A stretch of DNA of 64,000 bases from Pavona decussata (Eukaryota): assembly GCA_977016875.1 (NCBI GenBank), contig CDRNST010000043.1:1364001-1428000 (forward strand), read 5' to 3'. The position numbers and the translations under genes are program-made. Shown in pieces: positions 13,801-28,130 of this stretch. Within the stretch, counting starts at the first letter, position 1. Every line of letters starts with the position of its first letter. The notes under the pieces were generated by a model. That model was given only the letters and a program-made list of their open reading frames with translations, ran no database searches and was not told the origin of the DNA.

Positions 13801-16800
13801 ACTAATTTGTGCTAGGAATCGGGTACAATTTCAAAAAAATAACATGAGACGTCTCTGGTAGAGGAAGTGTTTCACAACATCTGATCGGGCTATACTTCAT
13901 TGGCAAAGCTACAGCATCAACATAAAATTCATGTTTGTTTTATGTATCGAGTCATTACCGGTACGGAGCATTTTTTTAGTATTATTTGAAGAACAAGGTG
14001 ATTCAGTCACCATGCACTATATCAGGTTGAACATGGTACTCATTTACAACAAGTTTGACAAAAAATAATTCACGTTTCCGGTGGTCTTTCACTAAGTGAA
14101 TCCACCGGTATTTTTTTAACACAACCGGTAATGACCCAAAGCACATTTTACCTGCTCGAGGGCAAAATAAGTATCTGCTATGGCAAGGCTTTGGGTGTCT
14201 AGAGACTTTGTTGTTTTGGCTATGAATCACATAGTGCTTGTCCTTCTTAGAGTATCAATTGCCTGATTTCTTTTGTCATTTAGGACATATATCAAGTTTG
14301 CTTCAAGATTGCTTTGAGAAAAAAATTTCCTTTGTTTCAGTCGAAACAAATGGTGGATCTAAGAATAGAATGCCATACACGTGTCCCATTCGCTTGAAAG
14401 TAAACTAGACTATCTTCTTCCTCTAAAACCTGTATGATACTGATGATAAACCGTACATGTAAGATGCATTTTACAGTTTGTGGCGTTGCTTTCATCGGTA
14501 GTTGGATAAGAAATAGAAAGCGTTTTGTATTGTGAGAACGTTTTACCGGCGTTCTTAATAATGGCCATCAAGGACTCGAAAGCGATTTGAAATTGCTTGA
14601 GTGACCAACAATACTGTTATCAATCATGATGTCTACGATGAAAAGTGGGAATCTTTGGAGAGCGTTTGTTTATTTGAGAGTGCAAAGAAACCTATGAAGG
14701 AAAACCTATAATTATCTCTCCAAATAATCATAGCTTAATCGATTATTTTATTTTGTACTTCAAGTTGGAATTTTCTTCAATGAAATTCCCACCGGTCACT
14801 TGAATGCGTAGCCATGACTTCTGAGAAGGATAGAACACGTGCCGTTACAATTGGCAAAAAGCTCTCACTAACTTCTCATATTTCACACAGAATCTTTATC
14901 CATGATTTTCGCCTCATGCTAGAACATGACTAAGACTATTCTAAAACAATCCCAATTAAGTACACAAACGGGATATTTTAGTGGTGAACACCGTGCGAAT
15001 GCAACATGTAATGCCCGTTCATCCTTCACCAAATCCCATTTTCACACAGCTGAACACAGTTCTGCTTTGAGTTTACAAGAATTGCAACATTTAATACGGC
15101 TCAAAGGGCGCTCTTCCGGTCTTCCATGAGTTTTATGACTACTTGGGAGACATACAGCTCTATGGTTTTCACAGTTCCTTGCCATATTGAAACCAGATGA
15201 TGATAATAAGTTACTATGACCGATTCGAAACCACCTGAGAAGGACACAAAGACTAATGAGTCAATGTAAAGCATTAGCAGTTGCCCGAAAGAAAACTACA
15301 CCAAGCGATATCCTAAGTGAAACCTTATTAAAAGTGGTCCCATTTGTTCCCAATTTAGATGAAATATATTTCAGGGACTGCACGAGCATCTACGCATTTA
15401 TGAGTGCAAACTATGTGGCTCTAGCTGCATACAAATTCAACTCAATGGCTGATGAATCCAAGCATGTCATTCTGGTCTGTTTCTGAAATTGCAAGTGTAC
15501 TTTACCTTCGGCTTCCAATGGTAGTCAGGCTGCTCTCATCTCTTGCTAAAATTCTCTCTCAATAATTTGTTTCATATTTCCAGAGCCACATGAAAGCAAC
15601 ATTTGTTTTGGACTGGTTGACCCCAGTTTAGAGCCACTGTGTTGTTGATGTGCACCATTCTCTCGACCCGCGAAACACAAGCAAGGTTACAATAAATGCA
15701 ACTTGTGTTTGTACGGTAATGTCGTTACTACAGAGGCTAACCATGCTTCAAAATATTACACCAGTCGGAAACTAACTTTAGTCTTTTAAGCAAAAGTCCC
15801 AGCGTGACGTTATGCACAGCAATTGAAAAGCCAACAGCGCCGAACCACATCACGTCATGTTCACCAGTTTCATTCATAAAAGTGACCAAAATATGCTAAA
15901 AAATAAGTTTAAAGTTTCTTTCGGTGAAATATCGAATGTCAGATTTTACCACGAGAACGTCCTGTTCAGTAACCTTCATTTAAATGGGAACACTATGGAT
16001 TTTCTATAATAGGCTCAAAAGTTCTAACCACTATTACACAGCTCAAGGTTTTGAGTGACACACAGCTTTCAGTGGAAATACTGAACCATTTAACTAGTGC
16101 ATCTAAATTCCAGAAAGATCCCTTACTTTATTTTAATTTTCTTCTTTGTGAACTTCAGTGGACTTGTGGTTTTCTGGTTCAATCGACCGTGCTTACTAAA
16201 CCTGTCCCACGCTTCAGTGAAGATTGATAAATGCTCTAAGCAGCATGACTGCTTAATAAGAAACTGTACTATTTTAAGACCTTCTCGCAAAAGCCCATTG
16301 TTTTGTGTATTTTGTCTTCTTTGAAAAACAAGTGTAAGAGTGAATGATTTTCTTGGCAACGTTCTTGCGACTTAACAGTGTTTGTGGCTTTTGTCGATGA
16401 GCCGCTCACCGGCCCGCTAAATATTCGAATTCACCGGTTCCCTTCGAAACAGCCTTTGGGCAAAAATTCATAGAGATTAAAAACACCATAATAAAGAAAA
16501 GCCTTTGTAGATGCCGGCTTTTGAACGGATACAAACAGCCCAGCCAGACCCCGTGCGATACGGCCACTGACAGGTAATTGGTTAAAAGAAACGGAGCTGT
16601 TTTGTTGGTTTTACTTTGATGTGTTCAAGAACTAAACAAATAGTCTAATCATGGGCATTTGAATCTCAATTTCGAACAGGATGGGACTACTTGGGTTCTC
16701 AGAGTGACAAAGATTAATTAATTATATATGCCGATTTGAGCTGAACAAAAAATATTTCCCCTCGTGTTCATAGTTTTTTACATTTTTAAACGGACAACAG

Positions 16801-18088
16801 TTTTGCTTGAACATTTCTCTCCAAACGTGCCAAACTGGGACTGTAAAATTCAGTAGAATGTGGAATGTTGTTTCTAACAGGCCTCTGGTTACCAGAGTAC
16901 CGAACGACGGTTTTCTTTAGCTAATCATCTTTCTTCCAAGAATTTAATTACAAAGATAAATAGAGCGCGAGAGAGATTCACTGACGCTTTTCTCTTGTGT
17001 ATATATAATTTGTAAATTTTGAATTCTCAGATGCGTCCCTTGTTGCGTAGGAACTATTCTTTGTTTGTAGTTTTACCAAGGTTATAGGATTTGACATGGC
17101 TGGCTGTTAAAAATAGTTGACCGTTTTCTAGAAATGACAAAGGTAGATCTCTCTTTTTTTTTTTTAAAAAAAATGAAAGTCTTGCTGAGCTTCGGACTTT
17201 GAAGTAAGGCGACTTGCCAGAAAAACCCAGGTTTTTAATCCGGATTCTTTTCATGGAAAAAAGAAAGCTCGTTTAACTGTATTGGGGATTTTGACAGTAT
17301 CATACAACTTAGACGGAGAACATTTGAGACTTAAGAGATCTGGAAAAAGCACATTGACTAAATTTGACACTTCAGATCAAATTCCTCTCGTTTCCATCAG
17401 TCTGTTTTCTCTTTAATATCCCACATGAAGTCAAATCCTAAATATGCTATTTACAGTGCCGATTTAGAGCAGGAAATATTCTCACTTAAATAGGAAAATA
17501 TTGTAAGGTAAAACGTAGTCTATTTTTGGTGACGAATCAAGCCGAACCTTTTTTCGTCCTCTGCTGTACAAAAACGGACTCTCATTTCCACGGTTTGAAT
17601 TGCAACAAATCACTTGTTCGCAAACGAAGTTTCATTCTTACGAAAGACAACCTTCTGCCCCAATGTCATGGTTATTGGTGGGATGTGGAGCACGGTCAGC
17701 TTCTAAAATTTTCAGTTTTGTGGTTGTTTTCGTATGTCCTTTTTTGTGTGACACTTCCCTGTATGTCAACCACTGCAACTCAGTATTAAGAATCATTCAT
17801 AAACATCACATTTTTTGTAAAACTGTGATTGCATAAATACATCGCGGAAGTTCTTCGTGCTTTAGTGTACAGTACTTAGATCATATTCCCACCTTTAAAC
17901 GGTTCAAAGGCTGGTCAGTCACCCAAACGAAATTCTAGGTCGCGTATCAGCTGCACCGCAGCCGACACGTTTTCTGAGTGTACTTATCTAATGGAAATGT
18001 CACCGCTTGCTGGTTGAGACGGCTATTTAAATCGTTCTGTCTAGCTTCTGTGCTTAAAAACTGTAGTCTTTATTTCCTCGGTAGGATG

Positions 18089-19342
18089 TCAGTAGGACGC
18101 CAAAGGCGTTTGACCGGCAGCAATGCTACTGGTAGTGTCCATATGAAAGTGCTCATGATTCTGAGTAACCGGTAATCGATTGAACCACTCCGACATTGGT
18201 GGGTACGTTGACGCGGTGTGGAAGGCTGGCGAAGTAGTCCGAGTGGACGATACGCTTTCCTCTTGAGGGCTCGGTGTACCCAGTGATTCTGAAGGCTTTG
18301 CGTGAAGCTTCATGTGTTTACGAAGTGAACTTGGATGAGTATAACTCTTGTTGCATCCTTCAATCTTGCATATGTATGGTTTATCGGACGTGTGGACATG
18401 CGAATGCTTCTTTCTGTCGCTGGAATTTGCGAAGCGTCGATCGCATCCCGGATATTCGCACATAAATGGCTTTTCGCCAGTGTGCGTTCGCTTGTGAATC
18501 TTTAGGTTTTCAGACCTGGCAAACAGCTTTCCACAGCCAGGGAAGGGGCACGAGAAAGGCTTTTCTCCCGTATGCACACGAATGTGGTTGATAAGCTTAT
18601 ACTTGGCCTTAAAGGGAAGTCCATTACGCGGGCAATCCTTCCAAAAGCACACATGTGTGCTGCTTTCCGGTCCTCCAACATGATCCTCAGAGAGATGAGC
18701 CACAACGTCGTGCATTCGAAAGAATTGTCTCCCACAAGGCTTTCCTTTGCTGCCCGGTTCGATCCATTCACAAACCACCACATGACTCAGAGGTTGGCGC
18801 AGGTAACTCGGCATGGCTAGTCCTGGGTGTTGCATGAACTCGTAACGTGGAGCAGCGAAAGGGTTTGCAAACTGCGAATGGTGAGTGGGATCGAATTTTT
18901 CGTCTCGTGGATAATAGTCTATGCCTTTGGAGAATCTGTAAGGCCCTGTTAGTGGCCCGCCAGTTTGTTGATAGTGAGAACCGGGCGGGTCATGAGCGTG
19001 AGCGACGGAATAAAAGCCGTGAGGTGAGCCATTGGTACCGTCGCGATGCGGCTCTTGCAGGCTGTTGTAATGGCTTGGATGAAGCTGGTGAATTACGGAG
19101 CCTGGGAACATGTTGTGTTGTCGCTGGTTGCTCCCTGCTCTAGCGCCAGTCGTGTCAGACGCCAGATTTATACCACTGTTAGGTGGGCGAACAGCTGCGA
19201 CGCTAGAACTTGGAAAATTCTCGGGCCCGGCAAATAGGAACTCATGGGCCGACGGACGAGCCGAGGATCTTACACCTTGAGCTGGTGTAAAAGGATAATG
19301 CGAGCCATTTGGAACGTTGAATGTGTCTTGCACTGTACTCAT
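18089..19342 (-). CDS. zic: Zic (zinc finger of cerebellum / odd-paired) transcription factor, intronless, 417 aa
   Basis: ZF-NC motif [17 protein letters not shown] followed by five C2H2 fingers with Zic-diagnostic sequences ([88 protein letters not shown]). The first ATG is at 19342; the ORF-track start at 19366 is TTG. Confidence 0.98.
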   Translation of the reverse strand: MSTVQDTFNVPNGSHYPFTPAQGVRSSARPSAHEFLFAGPENFPSSSVAAVRPPNSGINLASDTTGARAGSNQRQHNMFPGSVIHQLHPSHYNSLQEPHRDGTNGSPHGFYSVAHAHDPPGSHYQQTGGPLTGPYRFSKGIDYYPRDEKFDPTHHSQFANPFAAPRYEFMQHPGLAMPSYLRQPLSHVVVCEWIEPGSKGKPCGRQFFRMHDVVAHLSEDHVGGPESSTHVCFWKDCPRNGLPFKAKYKLINHIRVHTGEKPFSCPFPGCGKLFARSENLKIHKRTHTGEKPFMCEYPGCDRRFANSSDRKKHSHVHTSDKPYICKIEGCNKSYTHPSSLRKHMKLHAKPSESLGTPSPQEESVSSTRTTSPAFHTASTYPPMSEWFNRLPVTQNHEHFHMDTTSSIAAGQTPLASY

Positions 19343-19599
19343 TTCTTTTGTCTCTCGCACCTTCAACGGGCTGCTTTTTCCACTATAAAATCGCGTGAGA
19401 AACCGGACAGAAAACTCAAATGATTCAATCGGGCTGGCTCTTTGTTTAATTCACAGTTTTGTCATCCTCCCGTGGAACTAAATAAGCATCTGTGTCGTGC
19501 TGAGCAAGTCGAACGCCACGGCTGAGAAGTGCACGAACATTCCACGGAGCCTCTTCACACAATGTAGCGCGGTTAATTTTCGAAGATGCGCGGAATTCA

Positions 19600-19800
19600 A
19601 ACGCTGCTGTATTAGTTCTCCCCTTTGAAGTCGACTCACGGTTCATACAAGCATCTGTAGTTGCCTGTGTTCGGTGCTCAGCGTGAGTTCTCGGTCTATT
19701 GTAACTGAACTACACCAGTCTTTGATTGGCATTAGCAAGTTGTTGATATTTCGTGATCCAATCATCGCGTTAACGCCCCCGGGGTGTTTGGGTTGATAAA
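19600..19800 (-). promoter_or_regulatory. Putative Zic proximal promoter
   Basis: CpG-rich patch with ATTGG (CCAAT on minus) at 19725-19729, an opposite CCAAT at ~19757, and TCF/LEF-type CTTTGAA (19623-19629) and CTTTGAT (19720-19726). The TSS cannot be determined from sequence. Confidence 0.45.
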
Positions 19801-22800
19801 TATTTTACGATTTGTTCGTCCTATCGAATGCAATTAATTGTTAGTGTTTCAATAGCAGACGTCTTATTGGAACAATCTTATTTGCAATCTGAGAGAAACA
19901 AATGAAAAAAATTTTCGCGCGTCAAACTCGAGAAATCGCTCAAAGAAAAAAATTGGACGGCCATCCTACACACACATTTTAGAGATTTTGTTTGCTTCCC
20001 TCTTCACTGAAATGGGATTAATTTCCATTGTCAATATTTGTCCCGAGGTGCCGACATGTAATTTTCAAATATTTACCATTCGTATAAGGACGGTTTGATT
20101 AAGGGGAGGGAAGCACATGCCACCTCGAAATAAAGAATTTTAATTGCCTATTTTGACGGTTAAACGAACCAAATTCCCCCCCACAGAGTATTCATCGATC
20201 TGAGGTCTCATTGGACATTATGGCAATCCAAGCCATTATTAATAAAATAAATGGTAGTGTTATAGGCTTCTCTTTTCATGTCACAAACAACAGGAAACAG
20301 AATATCAACCAATGCCAATTCGGTTTATTTGTTTCTGAGTACGGGTCACGCGCGGTAGAGCACGCGAGTGTCTGGTGTCAGTTACACCTAGGCAAGAGTC
20401 GTGAGAATTTTATTATCCTCATTGTCATCTTAATGAATGATCTTACTTTAAACGCTCTACTTGAGTGGAGACCCTGCAAAAACCGACCGACTTCTGGGTT
20501 GAGATTATAACTGAAAGACGCCTTCTCCACTGCGATGTTATCGGCAGCGAGCGTGGAAGATGAGTCGATTTTCCATCTCGTTGGGTTAACCGCACACTTG
20601 AGCTAAATTGATAAAAAGCACTAGTTTAAGTTTGTTTGTGCGGTTCCCGCGATTTCCGACATTTTTAGCACCACTGTACTTCTCGTGTTTGCGGCGCCTT
20701 TTGACCCGTCTCAGTTGACTTGGCTGTTGTTGACAGTTTGAAGACAAACAAATTTCAACAGAATCGATAATTTGTCTGATTCGGTTGCGTTACGTAGGTG
20801 CGATACCATTGTGCTCGGTGTCTTTGTTGACACCGACCCTAGCGGCAACACCTAAGTAGTGTTGACAGTCGCCTGTCTTCTTCAAACATAACTATTTGTA
20901 ATTCTATTTATAGAGGAGTTAAGCTGTGATAGTGACAGGTTCGAGTAGTGCTTAATTAATACGATATCACACTTTGTGTTTCCCAAACACTCTACCGCGT
21001 CGTAAGAGCTTTTGAGTGTACAAGAAACGAAATAAATAACTACACAATTCACTTTCTAAAAAAATTGTTTAAATTCCTCACTGGCAGGTTTGAATCAAAA
21101 TAAAGCAAACATAAATAATTGGCGTAAATTTGTACCATCGTCAGCTGTGAAGATTTTTGCTGCACTCTTCAGCCTATGCATTCATACAAGCGATGTGGAA
21201 AATAATGGGTATTACGTATTTATTATTTTGGCGGTCCAAACAACATCTCGATATCAATTTCGAAAGACTCTTCTAGAAAAAAAAAACCAAGGCCGGTAAG
21301 TTCAAGCAAATTTTTTTTAGCGTTGACGACAAGGGGGAGTAATAGTCCATGGCATATACAACACAATTGGGGTCAGGCGTTGAAAAAAATGAATGACGAT
21401 TTGAAGACCAAGCACTCGACGACCCCCTGGAAGCATTATTTGTTCAACTTGCGAAAACTAGCAGTTTTGATGATAGAGGGAGGGAAAGTGAAAGGACCAA
21501 ATCATCATTAGCACCTACGGTGTCAAGGCTTCTCTTTAACAGAGGTCATTTTATCATTAAGTAAATCCTTTAAATCTTCCGTCGAAACCGTCTAAAACAA
21601 TTAGCTCCTCACGTCCTTTAAGAAGATTGTAAGGCAGTCTTCAAAACAATGACGACAAATGAATATGGATTATTCCTTTGAAAGCGGCACTGAAACCTGG
21701 TAGTTTATCTCTAAGCATTTCTGCATTTCTGTACACGATAAATGTTTAGGATCAGATGTATTTGGACAGAGCACGCCAGTGAAAATTTTGCGTGACAGAC
21801 TTAGAAAAACATCGCGCTCGCTACTAGCGGGGAACTTTTGTTTTGCACGCAGCCAACGTAAACTTCACCAACAACTTATCAATGATTCATTCAATACCAG
21901 TGCTAATTTCCATGTGCGATAAATACGCATATCCAAAGGTCAAGCTTCGTGAGAGAAAGCTGCCGTCAGGTTTATACGGATGCAACCAGCTTTTCACAAA
22001 ATATCCAAGTTCGATCTGGCTTGGCCCCGCTATGGGGTCCACAAACTGAGCGCTTCAAGCTGTGAGTGCTCAGATTCAATAAGTTGAGATGCAAATGCGG
22101 ACGATATTTTAATTATGCCTTACAAAAGAAAGTCGGCCAACGCGGAGTTTCCTGTTAATATAAACAACTTTCGTAAGGTCAAGGGTGACTTATTTTATTA
22201 AACGCTTTTATTTTCGAAGAGTTAATGTGAGCAGCGATGGTTCTTATACATTTTATTCGGCCAGTTGTGAAAATTATCTTGTCGACGAAGAATAAAGAGA
22301 AAAACATGAATGGTATAGCTGCATGGAAACTCCCTTTTCCTGTGTTTTGGTAAGCATCACCAAAATAGCCGGATTTTGGCGTGCCGTGTGTGTGTTTTCA
22401 TTGGTTCGATCATTTTGCTTTGATTTATGCAAACATGAATAAAGTTTTATTTCACTTTGATTTGCGATTCGTGGCAAGCCAATGGAAGGAACTAAAAAAT
22501 ATAGAGATTAATTAGATTAATGCTAGTTCCTAATCACGCGAACAAATCAGGAAATTGGTTTCGCGAAAAACCCAAACTACCCAGATGCAGTGAAGCTCTT
22601 AATTTCTAACTCATGCTGTTCGAACCAAATATGTCAAACTATATTTTGATTTAAGCTCAATTGTTCAAATGTTGTTTATATTAAGAGGTTTATATCAGTG
22701 TCATGAAATACTGAAAAAGAGAAAAATTAAATAAAATTCGCGATCTCCAAGTCTTGTGCTGGGAGACCTAGAGTAACCAATTCTGATCAACCTTTTTTTT

Positions 22801-23884
22801 TTACAGTTTTACGAGACTCGAAGGAGTTACAAACTGCTGTTTACCGTGTTAGTTGTGGGGCTTATCAGTTCATATTTCTCAAGTACTTCTCATGGCCGTG
22901 GCAACAAAGCTCAACAAGTAAGAGAAAAAAGAATCAGGAGATATGCTCTGTTTGGGGAAGTTAAAGTGGGTTGTACACGCGAAATTTTAAGCACGCCTTT
23001 GACAGATACGACCGGAATTGACTTATAATTACAAACGCACGCTTTAAACTGTGCCATTTTAGCCTAAAGAAAAAAAGTCCGTTTAGGTGAAGTATCTTTG
23101 TAAATAAGAAATAATAACCGACAACAAAAGCTCCTTGGAACCTTGCTCAGTCTGCAATATGTTCTTCGAGTAATCAACCAGCAGTGGATCTTTTCAAGAT
23201 GACCTTTCAAAGCGTGACTTACAGAGAAGTTATCAGTTAGAAGCTCTAATTTGTTGACAATTAACGCCAGCGGGGCAGTTGCATGGTACTAATCTCTTAT
23301 CTTGGGTAATACTATTACTTGAAGCACGCGAGGGCAGGCGGAAGAGCTTATCTGGATGGTAATTATTCAGTACTTGAGCTTCAGTGATGATATCGCACAT
23401 CATAATTAGAGCCGCTGATTTTTCATGTTGCCTTTTGTACTTCATGAATTTGACCGCGGTAAGAAAGATGACCTCTGTAGTTATACATCTTAAACGCAAT
23501 ATGGGCTATACAATAAATAGAGGGTTCCAGCCTTTTTAGCTGATATTGTGCGTTTATTTCCTCTCCAGACAGGGAGACTCAACGTTCTAACCGTCGTACA
23601 AGAATCTCAAGCACGGGTTGTGTGCAGTGTCTAAATATTTACGTTAAAGTTCACTGTGCCAATAAAGTATGTTTACATTTCAAATTGATGTACTGTTTAC
23701 TTAAGTAATCCACGAAATGGGCAAGTCTGTCTGCCTTTCAATTTCCTGCAATTAAACTAAAAATTCAATTATCGCCTTCTCTATTCTTTTCAGGATCACG
23801 CATGTCACAGGTTACAAAACTACCTTTCTCTGGAGGGTTTTTTGTAAGATATGGCCCTTACTTTGCGTCTATTGAGAATAAAAT

Positions 23885-24260
23885 ATTTAAGTGTACCAAT
23901 CAAATGAAAGCTATTGAGCCGTACCTTCCTGTGGTGCTGTCTGCTGTACAAGGCAGTTCTAACGTTTGAGTCTGTGGATGAAATCTTAAGTGTGGCTATT
24001 CAAATAAAAGCTATTGCGCAGTCCTATCCAGTGTTAATGTGTGTGATTCAATGTTTTACTGAAAAGGGATTTTGAAAACCTCTCTTTTGGGGGAGGAGGA
24101 GAGGAGGAGGGGATTTTGTGTATTGTGTAAAAGCCGCGATTGTCCAAAAACCCTTCACCCTGGCCAAAAGGCAGACCTTGAATCAGTCGTTGCCGTGGTT
24201 CAAACTTTGAATCTTTCGATGAAATCCTAAAGCGTGGCTATTCAAATGAAAGCAGTACGC
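23885..24260 (-). repeat. Inverted copies of the ~106-bp repeat
   Basis: CAAATGAAAGCTATTGAGCCGTACCTTCCTGTGGTGCTG...TTTGAGTCTGTGGATGAAATC is the reverse complement of the unit. Other minus-strand copies lie at ~29960-30045 and ~35275-35390. Confidence 0.8.
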
Positions 24261-25419
24261 TTGGAAGACTTCTTCTTCAATAGCTTGCAAAGTGAATTTT
24301 GGAGTCTTTTCCCATTTTTACTGTATATATAGACAAATTTTTCTGTCAATTCGTTCAATGGAGGAATTCAAGGGAAATATTCTCAAAATAGTGCACTTAT
24401 TCTTTAAATTATTTTACTTACTTACAACATATCGAGGCTCTATCAGAAAATACGGGTTAATAAAACAGGAAAGCACGGTTTAATTGATATTTCCTCATTA
24501 GCTATAAGTATGATTGCCAGAGAAGCTAATGCGTTCAGGAAGATCGTTTACGAGATACAATGTTTCAAGAAATTAGCAAGCTGTGGTACCGCATTTCCGT
24601 CAGGGTTGTAGATGGAAAAAAATTTTGAAACACAACAAAGCAAGGGATATTTTGAGTTTAAAATTCCATAATTGTCCCAGTTTTCATATTTTTTTACTTC
24701 AAACACAAACACTGTATTTCGTACCCTGTTTCCTTATCAGCGCTTTCCAAAGATGACAGATTTTACCGTGATTCAACATTGCTGAACGACATAAAACGAA
24801 CTCCTGAATCCTTTTGGCGTAGGCTTTTAACAACACGACCTTTTGCGGGTAGAACCAACCCTCTGGTCGAACATCCTACGCGCCAACAACGCGACCACAA
24901 AAAAGTAAACAACCTCAGACAAACTTCGTGGTGGTCCTTCTATTAACAACAACTGTGACAGGGCAGAAAGAGTGAATTATTTGCGTTGGAGTAGTGAGTA
25001 GAATTAATAAAGACTATTATTATAGACTACTACTGATTAGTAGAATAAATCACATAATGGTTAACGGTCTCACTACCAAAGATGAAAATAAAACTAGTTG
25101 AATTGCTTTTGAAGCATTCGATTTATCAGCAGATCGAACTTCGTACGGACTTTCCTGACTTTAATTTCTTTGAACTTCTTTCTCGGGCCCAGGGTACCAC
25201 CAGCAAGCAATCCACTGATGTGTGAAGATGTTACATACTAATGGTCCAGAAAAAAAGCGCTCTTGCTGTGATATTAAAGTCGCAGGTTTCCCTTCAAACC
25301 ATTGTTTAGAAGCTAAGTCTTATTATATTGAATATTGGGCGTCACTGAGCTCATAAAATCAGATCCTGGACTTCAAAAGCACCGAAAAATTACATTTTAC
25401 AAAGTATGCAGAAAAACAG

Positions 25420-25832
25420 GCAACACGCGTGAAAGCTTTGCTGAAGCACTTTTGTTTAAATAGTCACACCTCAAGAATTCGTCCTCAGACTCAAAAGTCG
25501 AACCACCTAATACAGCAAAATCATCTTGTACAGCATAAAAAACAGCACCACAGGAAAGTACTGCTCAGTAGCTTTCGTTTGAATGGTTATACTTTAGGAT
25601 TTCATCCACAGACGCAAAAACTAGAATCACCTTGTACAGCATAATAAACAATACCAATGGAAAGCACTGCACGATGGCTTTCATTTAAATGACACAATAA
25701 GAATTCAATTCACAGGGTAATAGGTTAAAACCGCTTTGTTCGGCCCAGTAAACATAGGAAAGAACAAGTTCAACCGCCTTCATATGCATTTGAATAGTCA
25801 TACTGTGATTTCATTCATAGACTCAAACGTTA
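25420..25832 (+). repeat. Tandem array (~4 units) of the ~106-bp repeat
   Basis: AAACAGCACCACAGGAAAGTACTGCTCAGTAGCTTTCGTTTGAATGGTTATACTTTAGGATTTCATCCACAGAC and neighbouring diverged units. Further copies lie at ~43060-43280 and ~62905-63070. Confidence 0.88.
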
Positions 25833-27539
25833 AATGATGACCTCATAAAGTTGAGATTTGTCATCAGGCATTTGCAGGAAAATCTCGACTCGCAAAAAAT
25901 GCATATACAAACAAGAAGACTTTAATTAGAAAAATATTGTTTTAATTGCAAGACATGATGTATACAATATGTGCGTACGTCTTAAAGAAACTTAATTTCA
26001 TATTTTGAAATATACAGAAATTACTTTTAGAAATCTAGTTTTACCGCAATATCAATATTGCTATTACGCTGGTGTTTCGAGTTCCTTGTTCACTAAACCC
26101 GACTATTTTTAGGTTTCTTTTGATGGGCATTTTGCATTATTAAAATACTCTAAATAACGCAAATACTCACTTTATGCGTAGACTCGCTATCAATAGCCTA
26201 TGGTTGGGTATGAAGGATATTATGAGTCCCTTGCCGCACAGATCTTTTTATCAGTCAATTGGCTCCCATTGTTCTATAAAATTCAGATCATTCGTAAAAT
26301 TTCACTGTTAAAAATTGTATTCAACCGGTTAACAAGGTAGAATAAAATAACTTGAGAAGTTAGCAAGGTTCAGAAAATAACTTGGCACAAACCAGACACT
26401 TTGGAGGAAAAGCTGCCGAATACATATCGGAAAACCCATCTTTTTCAGGCGCTTTTAGTGTAAACAAGTTGGACGTTTTTCAGAGTATGATTAACACTTG
26501 AGTATTTAGCTTTCAAAATCATTAAAATTTGATTCTTGTGTCTTGAAAAATTCTTGCCTCCTAAGTATTTTTCATACTAAGGTGCCATTGTTGAGAAACA
26601 TTTAGCATTCGTCTTAAAATTCTTTATGAATCCTTCCTCGGGTTCTCCCCAATTCGGGGGGTGGGGAGGGGTGGGAGTGGGTGGGGGCTGAGGAGTTCAT
26701 TCGGGGTAAAAACAAACCAGGCTTTCAAAGGAACTCGAACTCAAGACCCACGTTTTATCCGCAGTCGGGCAATGAAATGGTCTGGGAAGTAAGATGTTGA
26801 ATGTAAGGAATTGAATATACACTTGGATAACTCGATAATGAAGTCTGGAGAAGTCAGGAAGTCGTGGACTTTGTAAGATGACTTTTCGAGCGGGAATCGG
26901 ACCCATGACTGTGCTGGTCGGGCGTGATAGCCACTCATAGGAGCAACCATGCTTGCACAGTGGCCACCTTACGAGCTGAATAGAATGATGAGTAGGCCAT
27001 TCGGTGAAACGTTTTACTTTCGACGAATGCGTTTGTTTCATAGCTTCTAAATCTCTAAACGGTATCAGGACAATATCTCAAGAAGTGTTTGGAGGCCAGT
27101 AAAGTCCCAGTACAAACGAATGATTATTTCACAATAAGACATGTGCTCTAAATAAATGTTTCTAGACCTGTAAGTGGAATGCGCGAGTAACTAATTGCAC
27201 TTTTTGCACAAACAGTTATAGAGGAGATGAAAAACAGAAGCGTTTGGTGTAACTGATACACCTCACTGCCACGGATATTTTACTGTATTTTCGCCACTGT
27301 TCAAATATTTTAAAAGAACCTTTTTCGTAAAATACACTACAAATAAGTGACGTTGCTCTTATAAGTTAGTCGCATCGAATTTAATTCAACGCTCCACCAA
27401 ACTGGCAAAATTCTCAGTAAATCAACCTAGTAACAACGAGTAATGCACTTAACAAGCATTGGGAGCCAAATGGCCTGCTGGCTTGAAGGAAACGTATTAG
27501 GCCCAAAGAAAAAAAATGCGACCGATTGTTAGGCGTTAA

Positions 27540-27910
27540 AGGGGATTGTTTTGGAGATTTTGACTCTTTTTGGTGAAAATGGTAAAGTACCTTCACTTAA
27601 TAACAAAAGTATTCTAGAACACCGAGCGAAAGAAATCAACTCAATTCTTGAAAGGAACAACTCAAACTCTGTTCTGGAGCATTTCGGATACGAAAATGTG
27701 TGAACTTGAAAAAAAGTTAGCGTAACTTTCTTGAAGTTGCAATCCATTCCGATCCAGTTCAGTTGTGACCAGAGAGACTCATTGACCGTTTCCTACACTG
27801 GAGCGGTACGTGATTTTTAACAAAATTGGACTGTTAGTTTTAGGTTTTTGTTGATAAAAAAACGTTTTGGGGTTTTTGAAATGACCTCAAATCCCAATGG
27901 CACTCTCCCT
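27540..27910. mobile_element. Possible Kolobok-type non-autonomous DNA transposon
   Basis: TTAA on both sides, with short imperfect TIRs AGGGGATTGT / GCACTCTCCCT. Confidence 0.45.
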
Positions 27911-27924
27911 TTAACAAAAAGTAA

Positions 27925-28130
27925 GGGGGCGTTCGATTGACCCTATTCCGGAATAGGAATGCATGCAATGATTACTAGAAATATCTCATAAGAGGTTTTA
28001 GTAGTTACTGGACTACAAGATGGCCCTTAAACAATCGTGTATCACCAAAAGCTTGTAAATACATCTTCCCACGTTTACTTAAAAGACAAATTTAACAGCT
28101 TATCTGGAATACGGTCAATCGAACACAACC
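27925..28130. mobile_element. PIF/Harbinger (Tourist-like) MITE, same family as 38568-38787
   Basis: GGGGGCGTTCGATTGACCCTATTCCGGAATAGGAAT ... GGAATACGGTCAATCGAACACAACC, with TAA/TTA flanks. Confidence 0.85.

Noticed and set aside
18069-18074. AATAAA on the minus strand as the Zic polyA signal
   Set aside because: Only ~15 nt after the stop codon. The true 3' end cannot be determined from sequence.
19343-19366. N-terminal MKVRETKE extension of Zic
   Set aside because: It begins at TTG. The first in-frame ATG is 19342.
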